Part shown: in pieces, positions 1 to 11,700 of the stretch | How positions within the stretch are numbered: the stretch's first letter is position 1 | Layout: the number at the start of each line of letters is the position of its first letter | From: Bispira polyomma | Lineage: Eukaryota | Assembly: GCA_965649765.1 (NCBI GenBank) | Contig: OZ287752.1 | Location: forward strand, 78,368,001-78,432,000 | Direction: 5' to 3' | Length of the DNA stretch: 64,000 nt | Notes under the pieces: model-generated | Seen by the model: the letters and a program-made list of their open reading frames with translations, nothing else | Told to the model about the DNA's origin: nothing | Databases searched by the model: none | Position numbers and translations under genes: made by a program

Positions 1-28
1 TACTACTCAAATCAAAATAGATATCAGA

Positions 29-2204
29 ATGCTGCCTTTCAGTCGAATTCTTTTCGTCACAACAGCAAGAATCAGACTGAATCAGCCAAGAGACAAGGTT
101 TTACTGCCCCCAGAGGTGGTAGAGGAGGAAGGAGGAAGTGACTCCTTGAAGGTAAGGCCTATGTTTCCAGGAGCTCGTTTAAAGGACTACTGGGAAGTAT
201 GGGCAGAATTAAAAGCACATCCGAGAATTATCTGGATTCTCAGAGAGGGATATTGCCTGCCATTCAAAAATTGGCCTCCTTTAACAAACTTTCCAATGGT
301 AAAAAGTTCATATACAAACAGTCTGAAACAAACAGTTCTTGAAGAAGCTGTACTTCAGATGCTTCAAAAGCGGGCAATCTCCCCGGTTCGAAAACCGAAT
401 TCTCTGGGATTTTACAGTCGTCTTTTTCTAGTCCCCAAGCCGGAAGCGAAATGGCGACCAGTGATAGATTTGAGTGCGGTAAACAAATTTTTACATTTTT
501 CGACCTTCAAAATGGAAACTGCAGAGGTAATTCGAACTTCTTTGCAAAAGGGCAAATGGGTGGCAAGTTTAGATCTGACAGACGCTCACTTTCACATACC
601 CATTCATCAAAAATATCAAAAATTCCTGCGTTTCAATGTAGGCGACAAGTCCTACCAGTTTACTGCACTTCCCTTCGGCATCGCTTCGGCTCCTCTCGAG
701 TTCACTCGGGTTGTAAGGGAAGTAAAATTCATTGCAATAGGTCGAGGTCTACGAATTCACCAGTATCTAGACGACTGGTTACTTCGATCAAAGACAAAAG
801 AAGCTTGCTGTCGAGATATGCACAGCTTGCTTCAGCTCGTTCACTCTCTAGGTTGGATAGTCAACCTCAAAAAGTCAGATTTGACTCCAACGCAACAGAT
901 AGATTTCTTAGGCTATCGATTCGATCTTCAAAGAGGTCTCGTCTTCCCCACTCAAAAGAAAATTCAAAAATTGATTCAGTCTGCGGTTTCAATTCGCGAT
1001 TGTCGAGTTACAACACCAAGGAGACTCATGTCCCTCATAGGAGTCATGGCTTCTTTGGAAAAGATGGTGCCACTGGGCAGGATCCACATGAGACCCTTCT
1101 AGTGGTTCCTCAAGTCGAGTTGGCAGTTTCCCCAATCTCTAGATATAAGCATTTCGGTCACTCAAGTACTCAAACATCACCTTCAGTGGTGGCTAAGTCT
1201 AGACAATCTCACCAAAGATTCCCCCTTGCATCCTATGGAACACAATGTACTTCTGTTCACAGATGCATCGGAGAACGGTTGGGGTGCCCACCTAAAAGAT
1301 TCAAAAGTTTGGGGAGTTTGGCAACCTTTAGAAAGAAGTTTGCATATCAATATTTTAGAGCTAAAGGCTGTGTTTTTAGCTCTAAAGTATTTCAGAAAAG
1401 AAGTTATGGGGGGAAATGGTCCTCATATCTTCAGACAACTCGACAGTCGTGTCGTACCTCAACAAGCAGGGAGGTACTCACTCTCTAGAGTTGTGTGCCC
1501 TGACCTGGAGGATAATGGCTTGGTCAAATGCCAGAGGAATCCAGATCAGAGCGAAACACATACCAGGGAATCTGAATGTTATAGCAGATTCCCTGTCCAG
1601 GGTGGACAAGACCATTCAGACCGAGTGGTCTTTACATCCTCAAGCGTTCAGACTGATTTGCCAAACCTGGTACACCCCAATGGTGGACATGTTTGTGACC
1701 AGTCTGAACAAGAAGTTTCCAATGTACATTTCCCCTGTCCCAGACGATCAGGCTTGGGAAATCGATGCATTGAGCATATCCTGGGAGGCTCTGGACGGCT
1801 ATGCCTTTTGTGCAGTGGCAATCATCCCAAAGTTGGTTCAGAAAATGGTCACCTACAGGTGCAGCATGATTGTGATAGCACCAGGGTGGCCAGGGATGTC
1901 GTGGTTTTGGGACCTGGTCGATCTGTCAACCAGACCACCGCTTCGGCTTCCCCTGTGGCCAACACTGTTAAAGCAGCCATTCGGGAACAGATTCCATCAG
2001 AATCTCGAATTCCTGAATCTGCATGTGTGGCACCTGGATTCCAGATCCAAGAAACCAGAGGATTCTCTCATGAGGTGGCAGACAGAATTAAGACACCTCA
2101 GAGAGCATCCTCTAGGAAAGTCTATGAATCAAGGTTGTCCATTTTTCAAAAGTGGTGCGGAGAGAGTAAGGTGGACTTCTCAAAGCCTTCTATCTCCAGC
2201 ATAG
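29..2204 (+). pseudogene. DIRS pol (RT-RNaseH-MT) of copy 1, disrupted
   Basis: ORFs 29-1102, 1226-~1410 and 1416-2204 join into a homologue of the 726-aa ORF at 12732-14912. Confidence 0.9.
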
Positions 2205-3100
2205 CTGATTTCCTTATTTATTTATTTAAGAAAAAAGATTTCAAACCTTCGACAATAGCTGGCTATAGAACTGCTATTGCAGATGCTTTGGGGTCATCTG
2301 GGGAAACTGTGTCCAAGAGTCTAGACTTGAATAGACTTTTGGCCAGTTTCCATAGAGACAAACCAGCAGCTAATCGGTCAATTCCTAGTTGGGATCTGTC
2401 TCTAGTATTACTTACTCTCACTAAGTCTCCCTTTGAACCCTTAGGTAAGGCTTCTTTGAAACTCTTGACCTTTAAGACGGTTTTTTTTATGGCCCTAGCC
2501 TCAGGAAGGAGGAGGAGTGAAATCCATTCTTGAACTTTCAACTCCTTCAGTAGGAAGAATAACTGGTCAGAGGTGACTTTTTGTCCTTCTCCAGCCTTTT
2601 TGGCTAAGAATCAGCTGGCTTCAGATGGTCCTTTGACTATACAGCCAGTGGTGATTCCAGCTTTGAAACCTACTTTAGATCCTTCATTAATTGAAGATAA
2701 GTCAATATGCCCTGTTAGATCTCTCAAATATTATCTTGACAGAACCAAGGGTTTGAGGAAGGGTAGGAACCTTCTGTTCATAGCAATTAAGGAAGGTTTT
2801 ACTAAGGATATCTCTAGGGTGACAGTGCCCTCTTGGATTAAACAGACTGTTATTCTCGCTTATCAAGTATCAGATAAGGAGACTCAACAAGTCACACAGG
2901 TTAAGGCCCATGATGTAAGGTCCATGGCGGCCTGATTAGCCTTTAGAGGGGGAGTGGCTCTAGATGAGATTTTGTCCTCCTGTTACTGGAGATCTCACTC
3001 AACCTTTACGAATTTTTACCTTAAGGATGTGTGCTGGCACAATGGGGATATTATCAAGTTAGGGCCCATTGTAGCTGCTCAACATATTGTAAACCCTTAA
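2060..3100 (+). pseudogene. DIRS tyrosine recombinase core of copy 1, disrupted
   Basis: Motifs ASGRRRSEI, CPVRSL, AHDVRSMAA, CYWRS, TFTNFYL; in-frame stops at 2531 and 2933; natural TAA at 3098-3100. Confidence 0.88.
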
Positions 3101-4802
3101 GTGAGTTTAGACTTATTCTTTGTGTCATTTCTCAAGAATATGTTTTTACATTTGTTGGTCATTGCAAATTTTAAGTGTTTAATTTCATATGACTTATACC
3201 TGTCTTTCTTCTGTTTTGTAGATGATCACAAGTTCCTGTAAATAGTGTACAGAAATGAGTTTGGATCTTAGACAGTTGATTGACAAATGTTTGGCGTGCA
3301 TATCTTTAAGATGCATTGGTATTGGTATGCATGACTTTATGATGCATGGGATTGGAGTGCAAACAGTTCAAGATGCACAAGACTTCTTTGAAGTGCATAG
3401 TTTGAAGATGCACCTAGTAGTCACAGACAACCAGGAAATTGTTAAGGTTGGTACCATACAATTTTTCTGTTCTCTTTGTTTAATATTCTTTACTGTAAGG
3501 ACATAGCTTTATCTTACTTCAGTTTTGAATTATTATGTCACTAGGAATTACCAGTGAATTTTTAGTCTGTGTTATGAATACTTTCCCACCTTCCGATATG
3601 GCTGAATTCAGCTATTGTTAGGAAATAGTAAGGGCAATTTTCGCTATAAAATTGCCAAATTTAAAAATTAATTTTAAATATTATTAGATAATTACTTACT
3701 ATTTCCTAACAAGGAAGATTCCCTCCCTACCATCCCCGCAAGTTAAGTCTTCATTATGGTCTTACTTGCAACAAAAAAATAATGAGGTTTGCCGCCTATA
3801 GGCTACCCACGTGACTTATTATTAAGGGGGGGACTGACCATTGTCCACTACACAGACCTTTAATTCACTGGTTATGCTTAAGGTAGCATAAAACGTTTAT
3901 CTTCATTGGCCAGTGAATTGGACGGCTCCAACACGTAAGCTATTGTTAGGAAATAGTAAGTAATTATCTAATAAAATTAAAAAAAAAAAAACTGAACAAA
4001 ATATGGCTTGCCCCACTTGTAAGGATAATGAAGGTTCTACTATATTTACCTAATTGTTTTTATCGATTACACTATATTATATTATATTAGGCCAAGTTTG
4101 ACCGTTTTACCCGATAGCATATATATTACAAAAAGGCTATGGCCTTTTTATTATGTACAGGCTATGGGGTATAGTTTCCACCCGGGGCGCCTGAATTGGT
4201 CGGCGGAAGGTGGCTGCCAGAGTTTGTCTGGGAGGGTTCCCAGAAACTATGAGGCCAAAGAAGTTTGTATGTGGTACTCATATTTCTTAGGGGATGTAGG
4301 TGTGCACCGTCATGATGCTAGTTTTTTTTTACCCACGAGACAATGTAATTATCCGATTTTCTAGACATCTTTGATGTGAAGAAACATTTGAAACAGTGAA
4401 ATGCAGGCATTGCAAAAACAATTTATGCACAGGGTCACTGAAAGGGATTTATCGTTTTCACTTTTTTTGCATATTGTACATCAAGAATTGTTTGTCCGCT
4501 TTGCTCAGTATCATTAAAATATATGTTTAATTCATTTTAATTGGCCTTTTTGCTGTTGGTAAGTTCCGACCTGACAGAAAGAAGTAATCAAATTGTGCAT
4601 TTCCACTTTTTCCAACCAACTGTGCTGTTGTGATTATGTTGGTTTCATTGTACAAATTTGTATTACATGTCTCCGTTCTACATGCTGAAATAGATTGATG
4701 TCTTGTGCTTGAAGTGTAACACTGTTTTGATTGTACTTTTTTCTTAGTTCTTTTTCTTTGTTGTACATGTATTTACATTTATAATGATGATGCTTAGTAT
4801 AC

Positions 4803-4968
4803 ACAGTAGAACCTCTATTATCCAAACTTCTATAGTCCAAATATTTGATTTTATGAACTCATGTTTACTCTCCATCTTTATGTTTCCCAATTATTTTATT
4901 ACAGAAATGACTTCTATTTTACAATATAGAATGTTCTGCCAACATGTTTGGATAATAGAGGTTCTACT
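4803..4968. mobile_element. Tc1/pogo-type MITE (family CAGTAGAACCTCTATTATCC)
   Basis: Terminal inverted repeats CAGTAGAACCTCTATTATCC...GGATAATAGAGGTTCTACT; related copies at 20957-21139 and around 31420-32240. Confidence 0.7.
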
Positions 4969-5592
4969 ATATTATTATATTTTTCCCTCTGTAATATGCG
5001 TTTAAAACAAGAAGGATAGGCCACAACCTTGAATTCAGATAACTGATGTTATATTTGTTAGAAAAATTTTCAGACAAAACAAAAACCCTTAAGGTTTGGA
5101 GGAACTTTAACCACAATTAAACAAGTATTTGGAGACAGCTACATTGTGGTCTGTGTGTGAAAATAGGCAATTCTACAAACACTTTTATCGAAAATTGGAA
5201 CCAGTACACAATGTTGTGACACATCAACAAATGAGGGTACTAAAGGTTCACCACTTTTCACAAATATGTAACTAGAAACAGTACAAGTTTGAATTTATCT
5301 GTAAATAGAATCAGTGTTCTTCTGCCAACATTCAATAAATACTAGTTTTAAATTTGGTAGAAGTCGAAGGGAGCCATAATCCTGGAACCAAATCCTGTGG
5401 ATATATTGGACATTTGACTTATACAGAGAGTCTACTGTATTCACGCATGTATCATTGCTTTGTTGTAATTACTGATGTGATAATTCTCTTGTCCTTTTGT
5501 TACATAAAAAGCTAGTGGTGATAAGCCTGATCAATGTTTGCTTGTGTTTTGCTTTACACACCGCACCATCGTTTCCTTGCTGTGTTTCACAG

Positions 5593-5739
5593 AGCTTCTC
5601 CCACCGGTGTTGCCGTGACTACAGAGCGGCTATCTTCGCCCCACGGTAGGGTCAGTATAAGTCCCAGGGACGGGGCTAGCTCCAGAACATCCTCACACGG
5701 CAGTCGTGGCTCGCTGACCAACAACCTGCGGCCTTATAA
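5593..5739 (+). CDS. ALMS1: ALMS1-like exon
   Basis: cacag| ASPTGVAV..NNLRPY(K) |gtgagt. Confidence 0.85.
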
Positions 5740-8700
5740 GTGAGTCTTATCTATACACTGGATAACCTTAGGCCTTATAATTGAGTCTTATATCTGTACA
5801 CTGTGTAATCTTAGGTCATATAAGTCAGTCTTATATGTACACTATATAACCTTAGGTCTTATAAGTGAGTCTTATATCTGTACACTGTGTAACCTTAGGC
5901 TTTATAAGTGAGTCTTATATCTGTACACTGTGTAACGTTAGGCATTATAAGTCAGTCTTTTCTGTACACTGTGTATATACTGTGATTTTTGCTTACATAG
6001 TGAGTGGGTGTAACAATATATATTGAAAAATGAGTGCATGTATATTCCAATATCTGTTTTCAATACAATATATTACAATACAAAATTTGTTAAAGTCATA
6101 CGTATTTGTACATCATTTTCACAGTGAAATCTTTGACTATCGCGCACTTCTTGGTATTGTAGAAATATAGTTTGAGAGCATACAAGATATTTATTAGAAA
6201 CTGAATCAGAAATAAACCAATGGATGCAATGTACAATAAATAAATTAAATATTATTGTAGTTTTACAAACGTTTACACATTCTTAATTTGCTTTCAAGAT
6301 CACTGATTCTGATTTTTACTGGGAACGCTTTGGGGCAGGAGCTAAAACTCTTGAATATGATTTAATTATAATGTGGTAATTTTTTTGACTTGTATATATA
6401 TAGTTGGTGCTTAAATCTGACAACAATAAGTGTTATGACAGTGATATCATGTAACAGGCAATAATCTACGACATTTTAACTCTACAACATGCACATTTTT
6501 GAGTGCGTGAATTGCTAGCTTCACGTTGGTTTCTAAACAAATTCGACCCGTTCTAGAGTAACCATTAACCCTGTCACACCCCTAATACTGATTCAGTCAT
6601 AGTTTACAAACCACCACTTGATATGATCACTTTTATCTCACAAGACCAATAATGTTAAAGACAATATTATCTTAATATCACCCGATATGGAAATGTCCCA
6701 AGAAACATAAAACCTCTGTCCAGGTGAAACAGGAATGGCAAGTGTGCTAAAATGTTTACCTATTAAATTTTCAGTGATGGTATGTAATCCGCTTTTGTGA
6801 GGTAAAATTAACCAGAAAATTTGAGACCAAACAGCGACTCTGAATCAATCTTCTACCTAATAGGTTTTGTTTCTACATGTTTGATTGTACATATTCCCCA
6901 TGTGTTTCTATTTCTGATATTGATACATACAGGTATATTACAAGTTAAATATGTTTCCTATTCATGTATATGGACTCTAGTACCAATCTAATAATTAGTA
7001 TAAATTGTTTTTTTCAGTAACAATATTTACACTGCTTCCTTGCAAGCTACAATAGTGATCCAGTTTTTTTCATTTTTGATATTCTACTGGTATGACTATG
7101 ATGTTATGTACTATTATTATTATACAGTGTCCAGTGAATTGTAGAATTTGGCCGCATATATTCCCCCACCCCCCTGTTTTTCAGACCCCTAGGCTGTCGT
7201 GAGTTCTATTATGTTAATTCATCATTTCCCTAACTAAACCACTCTCTTGGGTAAGTTTGGTTTGTGACTTCTACATGTATACACACACTCCATTGACCAT
7301 TGTTTTTTTAGACCTCCCTGGTAACCATCAGTTTTACGTCCTCGCTCCATTTTGACCATTTTTTTTCAGACCGCCGGGCAGTCGTGAGTTCTATTACGTG
7401 GAGACTGGGGGTGATGCTCTGGACGGTATGAGTGAGACGACTGTAGAGAGTACCCACCCCGGGTCGGATGACGCGGTGGGACCGAGCCTTCCAGCACAGG
7501 CCTACGGGACAAGGAACGACCCCCAGAGGGTGGGGCTGGTGTTGTACAGTAAAGAGCAGGCCTTAGGCACTATACAAGAACAGAGCATGGTGGGTGGTAG
7601 TCTGGTATAGTAGGGGGGGAGTACAGTACAGACCAGGCCTTGGGTACTATACATAAACAGAGCATGGTGGGTGGTAGATGGAAAAGTATCAACTAACCAG
7701 CTGATAACAATTAATCGCTGAAAATTTTAAAAAGACAATATATCAAACACATCAAATCATTTCTTCTACTTAAGATCACTTATGAATTGATAAAATATAA
7801 ACTAAATAGGAAACAAATGAAAATTTAGTCATTCTTTTCTTTGTTTACATCTGAACGTAAAACCCGAAATGAAAAAGTTTAACTTTAGGATGATTTTATT
7901 TCCACCGATGGATGCCTTGTATTGCTCATGTCTACTCCGCCACTGCGCATTGAAAAATGTTTTTTGTTACAACTCTAGTTGTGAATGTACTTGCTAAACT
8001 TGTCTGATTACTGATATCGGCAGGAAGCCTGTTCCATTCACTTGGAGCTGCATACCAAAAAACCTGGACTACATACCTTCTTTTTCTCTAGTCATGTTAC
8101 GTGTCTTTTCCTCATTCTATAACTTGTTGCGTCTTTGGTCACCATATCTGCAATGTTACTGTATTTATCAGGTGCAGCCTGATATTGTTTTCATTATGAA
8201 ATAAGGCGCTGCCATCATAGAAAAGGGCGCCGCCATCTTAGAAATAATGTGTAAGGCTTTCATGAATTGGTTGGAAGCAGTATTTGTAGGTGTGCCAAAC
8301 AGGCCTGAGTATATAGTGTATAGTTGAATTTGAATTTGGATATTTAACGTCCACTCTAGTACCTTTTAATAGGTTATATTGGGACGGGTAGTTGGAAACG
8401 CTGGAGGAAACACTGCATACAGTCGGTCAAGGTTCTGCACTGAAACCAGCGGCCCACAGTAAGGAACTACCACCTTTCCCACATAGGCATCGACGGGATT
8501 CGAACTCACGCCGCCCAGAGGTGAGAGACCAGTGATTGTGAAGCGCAAAGCTTGCTAACCACTAGGCCACCGCGGCCCCCTATATAGTGTATAGTAGCCA
8601 TATCAACATTAGGGTATTTCACACTGTGATTTTTTAAAAGACAACTCTTTTCTATTCATCAGGTTCAAGAATCAGCTGATGCTGAGCGCCATTCTGTGGA

Positions 8701-11700
8701 GTCGTCCAAACCATCCCGAGCTAGTCGTTCTGATACGCCCAAACTAGCCGGGTCATCGTCGAGTGGATACAGAGAACAGTCCGTGAACAAGGCACACAAC
8801 TGGGTGAATGGGCACTGGCCCTCCAAGGAAGACGTCTCTGCTACGCCAAAACTGGGTGATAATACAGGAAATAGAAGGAGCGAGTTGGAGAGAGAACAAA
8901 GAGATCGTAACAGGAAGGAGGAAGCTAGTTACAGGTAGAGAGATGAACTTGGTTTAAATTTCTTTCTGAAAATTTATTAGAATTGCAATTCGTTTTGATT
9001 GTCATTTAATAAAAATTAACCCGTAACCAGGTATTACCCGGTTTTGAAATATGGTCAAAATGTTATAAAGCAGAAATGTAAACAAAGTTTACAAATCTTT
9101 TAATAGGTTGAATTTATACATACTATGAAGGTGTGCAACATCATTGTCCGATTTCACCCAAAGGGTGTGGGGTGTTTCAGGATCATCTGGTGATATATTT
9201 TTCTGTGTACAACTTTAGGTCCCGGTCAAACTATGATGTGAGAGGTAGAGAGCAGGATGAGGATGCTGATGCTGCTAAAGTTGAGGTTTACTTATCGGGG
9301 AAGTCTAAGGATGGTGGTCAACTATCTCGTCATGGGTATGATGATGAAAGCCATGGTGGTAGAGTACCAGCAGCAGCAGTAGATTCTGGGATGATGATGG
9401 GTAGAGGAGGTGCTGGTGTCGGTCATAGGGAGCAGCAGGAGAGGAATGGTATGCTGCAGTGTAGAATATTTGGTGTTCGGTTCATATAGATCAAATGAGA
9501 ATAATAAGAGATTTTGCTATTCAGTGTTTTGCCAATTCTTTTTGCCACTGATTTAAAAAGTTTCTCCGCATATAACTGCCTATTTTCAGAAATACAAGCA
9601 AATTGTAGTAATTTTTTCCAATTATCAATAAAAAAAAATATTCCATTATTCATTCAGAATACTTTCAACTATTCGTGACCATAAAATTGTAAAAAAAAAA
9701 TTTAAAAATTGCTATTGGGTTTCAGCTCTGCTGCAGCGTCAAAAGAATGACTGGGAAGAGGTGAGAGTGGAGCCGTATGATGAGTACAGCAGGAAATGTA
9801 AGAACCTACAGAGTCGCTACAAAGATCTCAAAGCGAGGGCAGAGGAGGCCATCGATAAACTCATCCACTCCGAGTCCGAGGATGAGAGCCTTAGGATGGA
9901 TTCCTATGAGCGCAAGACGGAAGAGAGGATCCTTAGGGAGAGCTCCAAGAAGAAGGCCGAGTTTGCGACGCCCAATAAACTTGGGTCGAGCAGATTGAGT
10001 CTTGAGCGGTCTCTAGACGACACGAGTAGAGGTGAGTCATCAATGTTGGTGTTAATGTTCGTGTTAAACGTCTATAGTGCTAACAATCGATGACCAATCA
10101 TCCTCTCTTATGGCGGGCATCCCTGTCAGTATTAGTACTGTCACACTGTTTACTTCCGATATTATCGCTAGCCGGACCTGAAACCGGAAAATGTCAAAAG
10201 TAAAAATTGGGATCTGATAGCACACGCACACATACTACACATAATAAAACCTTTTTACAGCAGTTTCCGTGTTTCCGTGTTCTACTTTAATTTTAAAAGA
10301 TATTTTAAACGTAATTGACAGCTTACATTAATTTCATTGTTTACACAGGAACGTAAGCAAGAAGTAAGCGATATTCAAAGATTTTAGTGTGAAAATGATG
10401 TACAAATATGTTTTTCTTCCCAATTTTGTATTGCAACATATTGCATTGAAAAAATACATTTTTTTTTCGTTTTAACATATTGGTACAACCTTACTACAGT
10501 GTGAATCAATGCACTTTTAAAAGTCAATATTAGTTTCAAAATTTAAGAAAAACGTTGATTAATATATATGGATATCTCAGATCCCTCCCTTAGAAGTATG
10601 TAATTGCTGTCTGTAGGTCTACTGCGTTTCCAGACTATTTGAGATTTAGTACTTTCTTGACTGTAAACAAAATGGCATTTCTTGTTTAGCGGTAAATAAA
10701 ATTCTACTAAAATGTGTAAAGACTAATTAAATATGAAATATTATGTTTAGTTATTCATATAATACGGTAGTTTGGCTAAATCCAAATGTAGACACTTTTA
10801 AATGTGTATTTTTATAGCGAAAAATGCCCTTACTATTTCCTAACAATAGCTTATGTGTTGCAGCCGTCCAATTCAATGGCCAACGAAGATAAACGTTTTA
10901 TGCTACCTTAAGCATAACCAGTGAATTTAAGGTCTGTGTAGTGGACAATGGTCAGTCCCCCCCTTAATAATAAGTCACATGGGTAGCCAATAGGCGGCAA
11001 ACCTCATCATTTTTTGTTGGCCGTCACTGTGTGTGGACGTGTATTTGAAAATTACTTGGAAATTTTTTAAGATAAGATGGCTCAGGTGGAAGCTATTAAG
11101 AAAGGGCAAAGAGGAAGTGTTTATTGCGGACATTATATGCTTGATTCAGATCTTCATAAGTACTTCTTAAGTGTAGAGATGCTTCAAAAGGTGAAGATTC
11201 TTGTGTAACTGGTAACTCGGTTTGTCAAATCTGTGAGATCTCGGAAGAGACCAAACAAAGCACTAGATCGAAGAAGTCGAAGAGTAAGAAGGATATTCCG
11301 TCTACTTTGTCAATAGCACCTTCTACTCAGCAAATTACAACAGTTTCTGATGCCCATTCTCAAATTGTGTACGACTCTCTGCTGGACAAGGATGATTCTT
11401 CGGCAAGAGCTCGTTCTTTCTCTACTTCTGCCCCGTCTTCTATGGATGACAAGTTAAATATGATTCTTATGCAGATATCAGACTTCTCTACCAGGCTTGC
11501 GTCTGTGGAGAATCTGAAGGATGCATCTACAGACGAAAGACAAGGGGTACTCGATCAGACCTCTGATCACAGCCTAGCTGTTGACAAGGTCTCGAACGTT
11601 GTTAAGGAATCATCTCGGGCTGACACTAAAACTCACAGAAATGGTTCCGGCTCTCATCGTTCTTCACGCCCCGCAAGTTCTACAGCCAGTGTTTCAGATC

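Larger units (their letters stand above)
1..3991 (+). mobile_element. DIRS1-like tyrosine-recombinase retrotransposon, copy 1 (5' part outside window; decayed)
   Basis: RT (YLDD), RNase H (LFTDASENGWG), MT-like and YR reading frames; ICR at ~3610-3712; right inverted LTR at ~3769-3978; colinear with 12704-16690. Lesions: TAG at 1100-1102, +1 frameshift near 1410, TGA at 2531-2533 and at 2933-2935. Confidence 0.95.

Noticed and set aside
8480-8580. tRNA gene
   Set aside because: A and B boxes are present but no cloverleaf is evident; it has a SINE body, tail and TSD, and there are several diverged copies in the window.
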